From Actinomycetota bacterium (GTDB taxonomy: Bacteria; Actinomycetota; Actinomycetes; Propionibacteriales; Propionibacteriaceae): a stretch of DNA of 64,000 bases. Where the stretch lies: assembly GCA_046735615.1 (NCBI GenBank), contig JBKPTR010000075.1:1008-65007 (forward strand), in the 5' to 3' direction. This document shows positions 1-9,199 of the stretch, piece by piece; position 1 is the first letter of the stretch, and the number at the start of each line of letters is the position of its first letter. Made by a program: the position numbers and the translations under genes. The notes under the pieces are model-generated. The model made no database searches, was not told where the DNA came from, and was given only the letters and a program-made list of their open reading frames with translations.

Positions 1-53
1 TACTTTCTCTGCGAGCGACGGCGGCGGATTCAAGGCGCGATGCGCGACCAGCT
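1..53 (+). repeat. Partial (right half) copy of the dispersed nested-hairpin element; cut by the window edge
   Basis: ctctgc gagcgacg gcggcgg attcaag gcgcgat gcgcga ccagct matches the reverse complement of the left half of the copy at 26750-26865. Confidence 0.8.
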
Positions 54-125
54 CCAAAGGCCGGTCGCTTTTCGCCACATCTGCAAGAAGACACGCCGCA
101 ACTTAGCGAGATTGACTTGCACCCC

Positions 126-141
126 GTTACTAATCCGTTAT
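126..141 (+). promoter_or_regulatory. GTTAC-N6-GTTAT direct repeat, candidate MtrA/GlnR-type (OmpR family) box
   Basis: gttac taatcc gttat upstream of a cell-wall peptidase gene; 11-bp periodic repeat like the GTnAC-N6-GTnAC consensus. Confidence 0.4.
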
Positions 142-145
142 TGTT

Positions 146-238
146 GCCGAAGCGTCCACCGTTTGAACTCAGAACGCGGGCCTCCAGCAGCAGACGATCA
201 CTGACTTGTACTGCGGCAGAGGCAGGACTCGGGGAACC
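146..238 (+). ncRNA. Structured 5' leader resembling the 5' half of a c-di-AMP (ydaO/yuaA) riboswitch
   Basis: GCCGAA..GTCC ... GGCAGGAC-TCGGGGAACC upstream of an M23 peptidase; the conserved 3' half (CCCGAACCCGTCAGCTAACC) is not visible. Confidence 0.3.
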
Positions 239-262
239 TGTCGTTGTACGAGGAGATTTGGA

Positions 263-1153
263 GTGCCCAGCTCGTCGTCTGAGCGCACGTTTGCGCGTCG
301 CGCCTTTATCGAGGACATCAAAGAGGACAAAAAAAGCTGGCTGCGCCATGGAGTGGTGGCGGTGGCCGTGTCTCTTCTGGGGCTTGGCGTGGCCGGATCA
401 GTGGCTCTGACGGGTGCCGCACAGCACACCACCTGGACGACCACGGTGGCGACCGACGAGCTACCCAAGCAAACGAGTCGCGGAGCCGAGCGGGGCCGTC
501 TCGATCCAGTCAGGGTCAAGAGCCTCGCTGATCAGCGCGCCGAGGAGCTCAGCAAGATCGATTCGCAGGTGTCCGAGGCCTCCATGGAAAAGTCGGCGAA
601 GGCGCGCGACAAGGCCCTGGAGGCCGTGTCGGATGCGACGCGGCGGCAGGCGGTACTGCTCGCACGCGGACAGGCGAAGCGGAGCGACCCACAGTCACCG
701 CAACTTGACGCCAACGCCGGGTCTGGTGGCAGGGCTTGCTTGCCGGTCACGAGCGGCTACAGCATTGCTGCCCGCTTCGGCCAGGTCGGTCCATGGGCGC
801 GCTACCACACCGGCTTGGACTTCTCCTCCCCCGTCGGTACCCCGCTGCACGCTCCCGCGACGGGCGTCGTCACCAACGCCGGGTACGGACCCGCCAGCGG
901 CTGGGCCGGAAACTATGTCGCTATCAAGTATCCCAACGGCACTCAGACGCTGATGGCTCACATGTCGAGCGTCTCGGTCAGCGTCGGCCAGACTGTGTCG
1001 GCGTGTCAGATCGTCGGAGCCATCGGCATGACCGGACGGACCTTCGGGCCGCACGTCCACCTCGAGGTCTATCCAGCGGGTGTGAAGCCCGGCGATATCT
1101 ACAGCGCAGTCAACCCAGTTCCGTGGCTCAACGCCCACGGCGTGAACCCGTAA
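263..1153 (+). CDS. M23 family metallopeptidase (peptidoglycan hydrolase) with N-terminal TM segment and coiled coil
   Basis: HTGLD (HxxxD) and HVH (HxH) motifs; GTG start at 263 chosen after AGGAG SD. Confidence 0.88.
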   Translation: MPSSSSERTFARRAFIEDIKEDKKSWLRHGVVAVAVSLLGLGVAGSVALTGAAQHTTWTTTVATDELPKQTSRGAERGRLDPVRVKSLADQRAEELSKIDSQVSEASMEKSAKARDKALEAVSDATRRQAVLLARGQAKRSDPQSPQLDANAGSGGRACLPVTSGYSIAARFGQVGPWARYHTGLDFSSPVGTPLHAPATGVVTNAGYGPASGWAGNYVAIKYPNGTQTLMAHMSSVSVSVGQTVSACQIVGAIGMTGRTFGPHVHLEVYPAGVKPGDIYSAVNPVPWLNAHGVNP

Positions 1154-1174
1154 ACGTCACGACGCAAGTCGGCT

Positions 1175-3598
1175 CTAGAGCTTCTCCAGCGGTGCATACC
1201 GCAGGGACAGCCGCTTGAGTCCCGCGGACCCAAAGTCCACGTCCGCCATGGCTTTGTCGCCTTCGCCGGACGTTGCGACCACCGTGCCCATGCCGAACGT
1301 GGTATGCAGCACTCTGTCTCCAGCCACCAAAGTCGGTATTTGCCGGACGGTCGGCTTCGCGCCGTACCCCACGGCGTTGCGCCAAGTCTGGGTTGCTGTC
1401 GCTGAGGTGTTTCGCCAACTGGTGACTGCAGCATCCGTACGCCGCCAATCGACCAGTTGGCTCGGCAGCTCGTTGAGGAACCGGCTGGGCGGATCGTGCT
1501 GCGGAGCGCCCCAGGATGAGCGGGCAATGGCGCGAGAGATATAGAGCCGCTTGCGGGCGCGCGTGATGCCGACGTACGCGAGCCGCCGTTCTTCCGCCAG
1601 CTCGTTGCCGGTGCGGTCGGCAATCGCCCGCTGATGAGGGAAAACACCGTCCTCGCAACCGGTGAGAAACACCGTGTCGAACTCAAGGCCTTTCGCAGTG
1701 TGCAGGGTCATAAGGGTGACGACGCCGGCATCTGACTCGTCTGGAGCATGCGGGATCTGGTCGGAATCCGCGACGAGCGCCACTCGCTCCAGGAAGGCGC
1801 CCAAGGACGCGTCAGGCTCCGCCGCGCCCGCCGCGAGGTCGGCCTCTGGGTCCAGTGCGACGGCCAGGTCACCTTCGGGCTGCATTCCGGAGTCACCCGG
1901 CAATCCGAAGGCGTCCAGCTCCTCCTCCGGCACGGTCAGAGTTGCGACACCAGTGACGAATTCCCGCGCAACTGTGATGAGCTCCTTGAGGTTCTCCAGC
2001 CTGGTCTCGTCCTGGGGATCGGTTGAGTTGTGCAGCTCGGCCAGATATCCCGACCGATCCAGCACGCTCGTCAAGATGGCATCAGCCGGCATTCCCTCGG
2101 CAACCATGGCCTCGTGGTCGTCGAGGAACCGGGCGAACGCTTTCAGCTGATTCAGTGAGCGGGACGCCAGGCCCGGAATCTCATCAACCCGCCGCAGTGC
2201 ATCACCGAAGCTGATGCCCTCCCGAGTCGCCAGGTCGGCCACGGCGGCTTCCGCCCGATCACCGATCCCCCGCTTGGGGACATTCACGATACGTCGGAGC
2301 GAGACATCGTCGGCTCGGTTGGCAATAGCGCGTAGGTAAGCGATGGCATCGCGTACCTCCCGTCGCTCGTAGAACCGAACGCCACCGACCACCTTGTACG
2401 GCATACCGACCCTGATGAATGCCTCTTCGAAGGCTCGGGACTGGGCGTTGGTCCGGTAGAACACCGCCGCATCGCCGTACCTGTGCCCGCCCTCTTCATT
2501 GAGCCGCCTGATCTCCGCAGCCACGAACTGCGCCTCATCGTGCTCGGTGTCGGCGACGTAGCCGACGAGCTGCTCACCGTCGCCCGCATCCGACCAGAGG
2601 TTCTTCGGCTTCCTGTTCTCGTTATGTGTGATGACGGCGTTGGCAGCACTCAGGATGGTCTGCGTCGACCGGTAGTTCTGCTCGAGCAGGATCACCCGGG
2701 CACCCGGGAAGTCGAACTCGAAGTCGTTGATGTTGCGAATCGTCGCACCCCGGAAGGCGTAGATCGACTGATCCGAGTCCCCCACCACCATCAGCTCCGG
2801 CGGCTCGACTGCGACAACATCCGGATCGGGTTGAGCGTCGGCCGCACAGAGCTCCCGGATCAGGACGTATTGAGCATGGTCAGTGTCCTGGTACTCATCA
2901 ACGAGCACATGCCGGAAGCGCCGGCGATACTGCTCACGAAGGTCGGGAAAGGCCTGAAACAGATGGACCGTCGTCATGATCAGGTCATCGAAGTCCAGGG
3001 CGTTAGCCGCGATCAGGCGCCGCTGGTACTCCCGGTACGCCTCGGCGTAGCTCTCCTCAATGGGCGAACGCGCTCGAGAGACCGCCGACTCGTGATCGAC
3101 AAGCTCGTTCTTGCAACCCGACACCCAGTTCATGATCGCGCGCACCGGGAAGCGCTTCGGATCAAGATCAAGATCATGAGCCACCAGCTGCATCAGCCGC
3201 TTGGAGTCGGCATCGTCATAGATCGAGAACGTTCGAGAGATATTGAATCGACCGATCTCCGATCGCAGGATGCGTACGCACGCGGAGTGGAAGGTCGAGA
3301 CCCACATCAGCTTGGCGCGGTTGCCCACCAAATCCATGACCCGGCCGCGCATCTCGGCCGCTGCCTTGTTGGTGAAGGTAATGGCGAGAATCGAGGCAGG
3401 GTGCACGCGGCGCTGAGTCACCAGATAGCAGATCCGTCGGGTCAGCACCCGAGTCTTGCCCGAACCCGCGCCGGCCACCACAAGAACTGGACCGCCCTCG
3501 TGCAGCACCGCTTCCCGCTGTGGCGGGTTCAATCCGTCGAGCAGCTGTTCGGCCGTCAGTCGGGCTCGGGCCGGTCTGGCCTCGGTCGTACTGGTCAT
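1175..3598 (-). CDS. pcrA: ATP-dependent DNA helicase PcrA/UvrD1
   Basis: AGAGSGKT, DEYQD, VGDSDQSIYAFRGA, TLHTAKGLEF and EERRLAYVGITRA motifs; C-terminal Tudor-like tail; ATG at 3598 preferred. Confidence 0.95.
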   Translation of the reverse strand: MTSTTEARPARARLTAEQLLDGLNPPQREAVLHEGGPVLVVAGAGSGKTRVLTRRICYLVTQRRVHPASILAITFTNKAAAEMRGRVMDLVGNRAKLMWVSTFHSACVRILRSEIGRFNISRTFSIYDDADSKRLMQLVAHDLDLDPKRFPVRAIMNWVSGCKNELVDHESAVSRARSPIEESYAEAYREYQRRLIAANALDFDDLIMTTVHLFQAFPDLREQYRRRFRHVLVDEYQDTDHAQYVLIRELCAADAQPDPDVVAVEPPELMVVGDSDQSIYAFRGATIRNINDFEFDFPGARVILLEQNYRSTQTILSAANAVITHNENRKPKNLWSDAGDGEQLVGYVADTEHDEAQFVAAEIRRLNEEGGHRYGDAAVFYRTNAQSRAFEEAFIRVGMPYKVVGGVRFYERREVRDAIAYLRAIANRADDVSLRRIVNVPKRGIGDRAEAAVADLATREGISFGDALRRVDEIPGLASRSLNQLKAFARFLDDHEAMVAEGMPADAILTSVLDRSGYLAELHNSTDPQDETRLENLKELITVAREFVTGVATLTVPEEELDAFGLPGDSGMQPEGDLAVALDPEADLAAGAAEPDASLGAFLERVALVADSDQIPHAPDESDAGVVTLMTLHTAKGLEFDTVFLTGCEDGVFPHQRAIADRTGNELAEERRLAYVGITRARKRLYISRAIARSSWGAPQHDPPSRFLNELPSQLVDWRRTDAAVTSWRNTSATATQTWRNAVGYGAKPTVRQIPTLVAGDRVLHTTFGMGTVVATSGEGDKAMADVDFGSAGLKRLSLRYAPLEKL

Positions 3599-3729
3599 CG
3601 CCGCTCGTCGCCAGCGCGGGAGCTTGCTTTGTTCCCGCAAAGTTTCTTCATGACCAGCCCACCCTAGACGTCAGCAAAGACATAGCCTCACCACGGTAAA
3701 TCCGCTCATCGCCAGCGTAAATTGGCGCT

Positions 3730-4962
3730 ATGCGCGTGCCTTCAATCTCGCTCGGTACGCTGCTCAAGCGCATCGTGCAGGCGGTTGTCGTAGTGCAGGG
3801 AGCCACCTTACTCGCTCTGGCAGTTGTCGACTATCGACGTAAGAAACTCCGCAAACCCGCCACATTCCCGCGCCTCTCACCCCGCTCGGTGACCGTAGGC
3901 AGCTCGGAGGTGACCGTCTACACCTACGGCGAGGACCTCTATCGCGACATGCTGCACGCCATCAATCAGGCCAAGTCGCGAATCTTCTTCGAAAGCTTCA
4001 TCTGGAAGGCCGATGCCGTCGGTCAAGCGTTCAAGGATGCGCTGATTGCTGCAGCCAATCGCGGGGTCAAGGTCTACGTGGTTTTCGACGAGTTCGCCAA
4101 CCTCGTCGTCCCGCGCTCTTTCTTCATTTTTCCCAAGAACATCGCGGTGCGCCGCCATCCGCTCATCGCTTCCGGCTTCCGGTTTCCGCGCAACACCGGG
4201 CGTGACCACCGCAAGCTGCTGGTGGTCGACGACGACGTCGGGTTTCTCGGCGGTTACAACATCGGCAGTCTGTACGCCACGGATTGGCGTGACACCCATG
4301 CGCGGCTCACCGGCGACATCGTCTGGGATGTGCAGAACGCATTCGTGGATTTCTGGAATCTCTGGTCAGGACGGCACCGGGCTGCATTGCCCGACTTCGG
4401 CAGCGCAAGCTGGCAGCCAGAAATTCGAATTCATCGGAACATTCCGCGCAACATGGTCTACCCGATTCGTGGCATGTATCTGAATGCGATCGACCGCGCG
4501 TCTCACCACATCTACATGACGCACGCCTACTTCATCCCCGACACCGACGTCCTGTCCGGCCTCGTCCGAGCGGCGCGGCGCGGCGTGGACGTACGGATCA
4601 TCATCCCGGCAGAGTCCAACCACATCGTGGCTGACTGGCTGTCCCGCGGCTTCTACAGTCACCTGCTCCGCAACGGTGTACGGCTGCTGTTGTATCAGGG
4701 AGCGATGGTGCACGCGAAGACCGCCACAATCGACGGCCAGTGGTCGACCATCGGAACTGCGAACATCGATCGAATAAGCCTGCTGGGCAACTATGAGATC
4801 AACATGGAGGCTTTCAACCGCGACGTGGCCCGGCAAATGGAGGAGATCTTTGCGATCGACTCGACCAACACCATTGAGCTGACCCTTGACAATTGGCAGC
4901 GTCGGCACGCCATGGTGAAGTTCTCCGAAACCGTCCTGACCCCGTTACGCCCGCTCCTCTAG
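3730..4962 (+). CDS. Cardiolipin synthase-like phospholipase D family protein
   Basis: Two HKD motifs (HRKLLVVD, HAKTATID); N-terminal TM. Confidence 0.88.
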   Translation: MRVPSISLGTLLKRIVQAVVVVQGATLLALAVVDYRRKKLRKPATFPRLSPRSVTVGSSEVTVYTYGEDLYRDMLHAINQAKSRIFFESFIWKADAVGQAFKDALIAAANRGVKVYVVFDEFANLVVPRSFFIFPKNIAVRRHPLIASGFRFPRNTGRDHRKLLVVDDDVGFLGGYNIGSLYATDWRDTHARLTGDIVWDVQNAFVDFWNLWSGRHRAALPDFGSASWQPEIRIHRNIPRNMVYPIRGMYLNAIDRASHHIYMTHAYFIPDTDVLSGLVRAARRGVDVRIIIPAESNHIVADWLSRGFYSHLLRNGVRLLLYQGAMVHAKTATIDGQWSTIGTANIDRISLLGNYEINMEAFNRDVARQMEEIFAIDSTNTIELTLDNWQRRHAMVKFSETVLTPLRPLL

Positions 4963-4979
4963 CACCGGACCTCAACTCG

Positions 4980-5876
4980 TCAGGCGTTGGCCGCTTCCAG
5001 TGCCACTTTCGCAGGGGCGGCTGCGGCCCTGCGCTTGGCGCGTAGGGCCGCCACATAGAGACCCGTTGCGGTAACAAACAGGATCCCAACATAGATCGGA
5101 ATCCGAGCCGGGTTCGGCACTTCGAATGAGCCCAAGAGCGTACGCGCGTTCGTCAGCACGATCAGGCCGCCCACCGCCACGCCAAGGAGGTGGGCGGGCG
5201 CGATCCTGACCAGCAAGGCGGCCAGCGGAGCGGCGATCAGACCGCCGGCCAGTAGGGCGATTGCAAAGCCCCAGCGGATCCCCGACGCGCCGATGCCGAG
5301 CAGAAAGCCCAGGCTGGCCGCGGCACTAACCGCGAACTCGGCGGTGTCGACTGAGCCGACAACTTTGCGCGGCTCTAACCGCCCGCCACTCAGCAGCGCA
5401 GGAGTGGCGACCGGACCCCAACCTCCACCACCGGTGGCATCGACAAAGCCGGCGAACAAACCGAGTGGTGCCAAGAACTTGATCGTGAGCTGCTTCTTGA
5501 GCTGGGGACGGATGCCAATGACAAAGCGGACGATGATGTAGAGACCCAGCGCGCCCAGAACGACAGACATGATGGGTTTTGCCCAATCGGTGGTCACGGC
5601 AGACAGCACCGTCGCGCCGAGGAACGCACCGACCGCACCTGGGCCGGCGATTCTGAGGACTACCCGCCAATCGACGTTCTGGAGCCGTGAGTGCGCCACG
5701 CCTGAGGCGAGATTGGTCGCGAGCTCGCTGAAGTGCACCGATGCTGATGCGGCGAGTGGCGTCAGGCCCGCCAGGACGAGCAGAGTCGACGACGTCACGC
5801 CGTACCCCATGCCGAGGCCGCCGTCAACCAGCTGCGCGACTAGGCCAACCAGCCCGAGAACGATGAGCTTTCGCAC
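4980..5876 (-). CDS. Sulfite exporter TauE/SafE family permease
   Basis: AQLVDGGLGMGYG and DATGGGGWGP repeats; multiple TM helices. Confidence 0.88.
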   Translation of the reverse strand: MRKLIVLGLVGLVAQLVDGGLGMGYGVTSSTLLVLAGLTPLAASASVHFSELATNLASGVAHSRLQNVDWRVVLRIAGPGAVGAFLGATVLSAVTTDWAKPIMSVVLGALGLYIIVRFVIGIRPQLKKQLTIKFLAPLGLFAGFVDATGGGGWGPVATPALLSGGRLEPRKVVGSVDTAEFAVSAAASLGFLLGIGASGIRWGFAIALLAGGLIAAPLAALLVRIAPAHLLGVAVGGLIVLTNARTLLGSFEVPNPARIPIYVGILFVTATGLYVAALRAKRRAAAAPAKVALEAANA

Positions 5877-5894
5877 TGAAGCACCTTGGAGACT

Positions 5895-5919
5895 TTGTCT
5901 ATACAGTCGCTAGGGATTA
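5895..5919. promoter_or_regulatory. Imperfect palindrome, candidate operator of the adjacent Rrf2 regulator
   Basis: TTGTCTA-N9-TAGGGATTA, relatively AT-rich, between rrf2 and tauE. Confidence 0.3.
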
Positions 5920-5983
5920 GCGAGAACCGTATCCGATGTCGGGAACGAAGGTCGACGCAGGTCTCAAGAGGCGGACGCGACGA

Positions 5984-6430
5984 TCAGCTCCAGGCGGCAG
6001 GATTCGCGACGAGGGCAGCGACCGGCTTGGGCATCTCACCCGTAACGACATGGGCCAGCGTGACACCCTCCAGAATCGCCCGCTCAGAGGCGCGCAAGGC
6101 GATCCAGACCTCCTGCAGGGCAGTGGCCGAGCCAGTGTAAGCCAAGTTCTCTGGTCGACTCCCACGCACGTTCGCGAGCTCTCCATCAAGGGCCCGGATC
6201 ACGTCGGCGATACTGATGCTGTCCGCTGGCCGAGCCAGCCGATATCCACCTTCCGGGCCGCGCTGGCTTCGAAGCAGGCCGGTACGACGCAGCTCACCAA
6301 GGATGCTTTCAAGGTACTTGTTGGGGATTTGCTGCGCTTCGGATAGCTGCTCCACGGTGCGCGGCGCGTCGGCCGCGGCCAGCTCTGACATCGCCCGAAG
6401 CGCATAGTCCACTCGAGCCGAAAGCCTCAT
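5984..6430 (-). CDS. Rrf2 family transcriptional regulator (Cys-free, CymR-like)
   Basis: SARVDYALRAM and SQRGPEGGYRLARP motifs; no cysteines. Confidence 0.9.
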   Translation of the reverse strand: MRLSARVDYALRAMSELAAADAPRTVEQLSEAQQIPNKYLESILGELRRTGLLRSQRGPEGGYRLARPADSISIADVIRALDGELANVRGSRPENLAYTGSATALQEVWIALRASERAILEGVTLAHVVTGEMPKPVAALVANPAAWS

Positions 6431-6489
6431 CCGAGTAGACCCCTAACGGCACGACAATGTTCGGTCACGACTTCACCTCACGACCGACC

Positions 6490-6834
6490 TTACTGCCACA
6501 GCACAGCCACTGCGGCGTTGACGATCGTGAGGCCCCCGATCAGCGCCCAAAGGCCGCGCGGAATCGAGGCGAATTTTCGGTTCTTGGCGACCAGCAACAC
6601 GATCATCGCCGTGATGATCAGCTTGATGGCGATCTTCAGGTGGTTCACCGGATCGGGCCCGATCTCCTGCAGCGTGACGAGCGCGAGTCCGGTGATCAAG
6701 AGCGTCAGTGATCCGTGCAGCATGGCGGCGTTGACCTCAGGCTCCTTAGACCTCAACTGGATAAGAAATCCGCCGAATAGTGCAGCGAACCCAATCAGGT
6801 GAACCAGCACCAAGATCTGGTAGGCGAGCTGCAT
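6490..6834 (-). CDS. Small 4-TM membrane protein, conserved hypothetical
   Basis: Four hydrophobic segments with conserved-looking His (HLIG, HGS, NHLK); TAGTGT -10 box 6 nt upstream of ATG. Confidence 0.75.
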   Translation of the reverse strand: MQLAYQILVLVHLIGFAALFGGFLIQLRSKEPEVNAAMLHGSLTLLITGLALVTLQEIGPDPVNHLKIAIKLIITAMIVLLVAKNRKFASIPRGLWALIGGLTIVNAAVAVLWQ

Positions 6835-6908
6835 GGCCCGACACTAATGGCCGAGGTCGGTCAAATCGTCGAAGCTGATGCCCAGGAGGCTTGAGTTTTG
6901 CCGAGACC

Positions 6909-7625
6909 CTAGACTAGCCGGCGGTCGGTGGCCCAGCGGGTCAGCTGGTGGCGATTGGAGAGCTGCAACTTACGCAGCACGCTGCTCACGTGCGTCTCGA
7001 CGGTCTTGATCGAGATGAACAGCTCTCTTGCGACCTCCTTGTACGCGTAGCCGCGGGCGATCAGCCGAAGCACCTCACGCTCGCGCTGGGACAGTCGATC
7101 AAGATCTTCATCAACCGTGGCAAGATCAATCGACCCGGAGAAGGCATCCAGCACGAACCCGGCCAGGCGCGGCGAGAAGACCGCATCGCCCTCAGCGACC
7201 CGGCGGATCGCGGCGACTAACTCGCTGCCACTGATCGATTTCGTTACGTAGCCTCGGGCGCCTGCGCGGATGACACCAATGACATCCTCGGCGGCGTCCG
7301 AGACCGACAGTGCGAGGAACTTCTGTTCAGGATTCTTCTCGTGCACCTTGCGGATGACCTCAACGCCGCCTCCGCCCGGCAAGTGCACGTCCAGCAACAC
7401 CACGTCTGGCTGTGTCTGGAGCACGACGGCTATGGCCCGATCCGCATCGGCTGCCTCGCCGACAACGGCTACCGAACGGCCGATCTCAGCCTTGACGCCG
7501 GTGCGGAACATGGCATGATCGTCGACGATCACGACACTGTACGGCGTGCGTTCGACGGTCGCGCTTTGGGCAATGGGCTGGCTGGTCGTACCCAGACCGC
7601 TGGGCTGGTTCGATGTCTCGTTCAT
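6909..7625 (-). CDS. NarL/LuxR family response regulator
   Basis: VDDH, LLDVHLP receiver motifs; LSQREREVL...KTVETHVS HTH. Confidence 0.92.
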   Translation of the reverse strand: MNETSNQPSGLGTTSQPIAQSATVERTPYSVVIVDDHAMFRTGVKAEIGRSVAVVGEAADADRAIAVVLQTQPDVVLLDVHLPGGGGVEVIRKVHEKNPEQKFLALSVSDAAEDVIGVIRAGARGYVTKSISGSELVAAIRRVAEGDAVFSPRLAGFVLDAFSGSIDLATVDEDLDRLSQREREVLRLIARGYAYKEVARELFISIKTVETHVSSVLRKLQLSNRHQLTRWATDRRLV

Positions 7626-9016
7626 CTCTTGATCTCCAGTCGTACCTCGGTGCCGTCCGCTGGTGCGGAACGAACTGTGGCGTTGCCGCTGTGCCGCGCC
7701 ATGCGGTCAATGATGCTTCCTTTGACACCCATGCGGTCATCGGCCACCGCGTCCACGTCGAATCCCTTGCCGCGGTCTCGGACGAAGACCTCGACAGTGT
7801 CCTCATCGACCTCGGCATAGACATCGATCTTGTCGGCTCCCGAATGTTTGGCTGCGTTGACCATTGCTTCGCGCGCGGCACGTACCAGGGCCTGGATCGA
7901 CTCCGTAGTGTCGCAGTCGCCGACCATGACCAGCTCGACTGGGACACCTCGCTCGTCTTCCACCTCTGCAGCAGCCGAGGTCAAGGCGGCCTTGAGCGTC
8001 GCTTCATGCAGCTCGTCGCCATACAGCCAGTTGCGCAGTTCCCGCTCCTGACGACGCGCCAGCTGCTGCACTGCCTTGGGATCATCGGCCTGACGCTGGA
8101 TCATGGCCAGGGTCTGCAGTACCGAGTCATGCAGGTGAGCGGCCATGTCTGCACGGGCGTCTGCCCGAACCTTCTCGGCCCTCGCCTGGTTGAGTGCCGA
8201 GCGCGAGCGGTGCAACCAGGGTGCGAGGACGATCGCCAGGCCGGCGAGCGCGAGCATGGTCATCGCCATGACTTCGGGTAGGTGAGAGATCTGGCCCTGC
8301 TGGGCGATGACGATGCCGAATGCTGCGCCCACCAAGCCCAAACCAACGATCACACGGACGAGAGCCGGCCATCCACCGCGAGCCACGAACGGAGCCAACC
8401 AAGCCTTGCCGCCGGCCTCGTCGCGCCAACGCTTTTGCTCTTCGGAGTCGGCCTGGCGCCAGACCAGGGCGGCTCCCGCGCAAGCAAAAGCCACAGGCCA
8501 GAACAGCTGTGAGCTGATGCCGAGACCGGTGTTCTGCATGATCCACAGCAAGCCGACACCCAGGGCGATCAACGCCAGCAGCATGCCCCAATCAACTCGG
8601 CGCTTGGGTCTGCTCTTGTCCCGCATGCCTGCCCGGTTCGCCGACTCCAATCCAGGAGCATTAACAGTCGACTCTGGCGGCAATAGCAGCCACAAGGCGC
8701 CGTACGCAATCACCCCAATGAATTGGAAGGTCGCCAAGGCAACGAAGGCGATCCTCACCGCCATCAGCGGCCAGCCGAGATGTCGGGCTAGTCCGGTGCA
8801 GACCCCTCCTAACCAGGCTCCCTCGGCCACGCGCGTGGCGCGAGGCTTGTCGTCGGGGGCTGCGGAACCGGGGTCCGAAATGCCTTCCCTCGCGGCCTGC
8901 TGCGGTGGCGTGACGCCGGCGGTTGAACTGTCACCGATAGCGTTCGGGTCCTGCGTGGGCGTAGCCGCGGAGGTGTGCGTATCAGGCTCGAGATGGCTCG
9001 AGTCGGTGGCAGTCAT
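7622..9016 (-). CDS. PspC-domain membrane sensor histidine kinase
   Basis: PspC motif GGVCTGLARHLG, TMs, HLHDSVLQ H-box, NAAKHS and DRGKGF HATPase boxes. Confidence 0.9.
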   Translation of the reverse strand: MTATDSSHLEPDTHTSAATPTQDPNAIGDSSTAGVTPPQQAAREGISDPGSAAPDDKPRATRVAEGAWLGGVCTGLARHLGWPLMAVRIAFVALATFQFIGVIAYGALWLLLPPESTVNAPGLESANRAGMRDKSRPKRRVDWGMLLALIALGVGLLWIMQNTGLGISSQLFWPVAFACAGAALVWRQADSEEQKRWRDEAGGKAWLAPFVARGGWPALVRVIVGLGLVGAAFGIVIAQQGQISHLPEVMAMTMLALAGLAIVLAPWLHRSRSALNQARAEKVRADARADMAAHLHDSVLQTLAMIQRQADDPKAVQQLARRQERELRNWLYGDELHEATLKAALTSAAAEVEDERGVPVELVMVGDCDTTESIQALVRAAREAMVNAAKHSGADKIDVYAEVDEDTVEVFVRDRGKGFDVDAVADDRMGVKGSIIDRMARHSGNATVRSAPADGTEVRLEIKR

Positions 9017-9054
9017 GATTTCCTACCCTCACACGCATATTGGCGTACGGCCAG

Positions 9055-9163
9055 CAGGGTGGTCCCCGACTTCTCCCCTACCCCGAACAAACTTGGACGT
9101 TAGATCGGCAGGAACGGTTCCGTGTTCACGGCAACAGTCGGGAGCATTGGGGGTCGTCCCTGA
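9055..9163. promoter_or_regulatory. Two imperfect TCAGGG-N4-CCCTGA-type palindromes, candidate response-regulator sites
   Basis: CAGGG-tggt-CCCCGA (9055-9069) and TGGGGG-tcgt-CCCTGA (9148-9163) in the divergent promoter region. Confidence 0.4.
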
Positions 9164-9199
9164 TAGTTCGAGGGTAGCCCGGTCGGCAGGATGGGTCGC

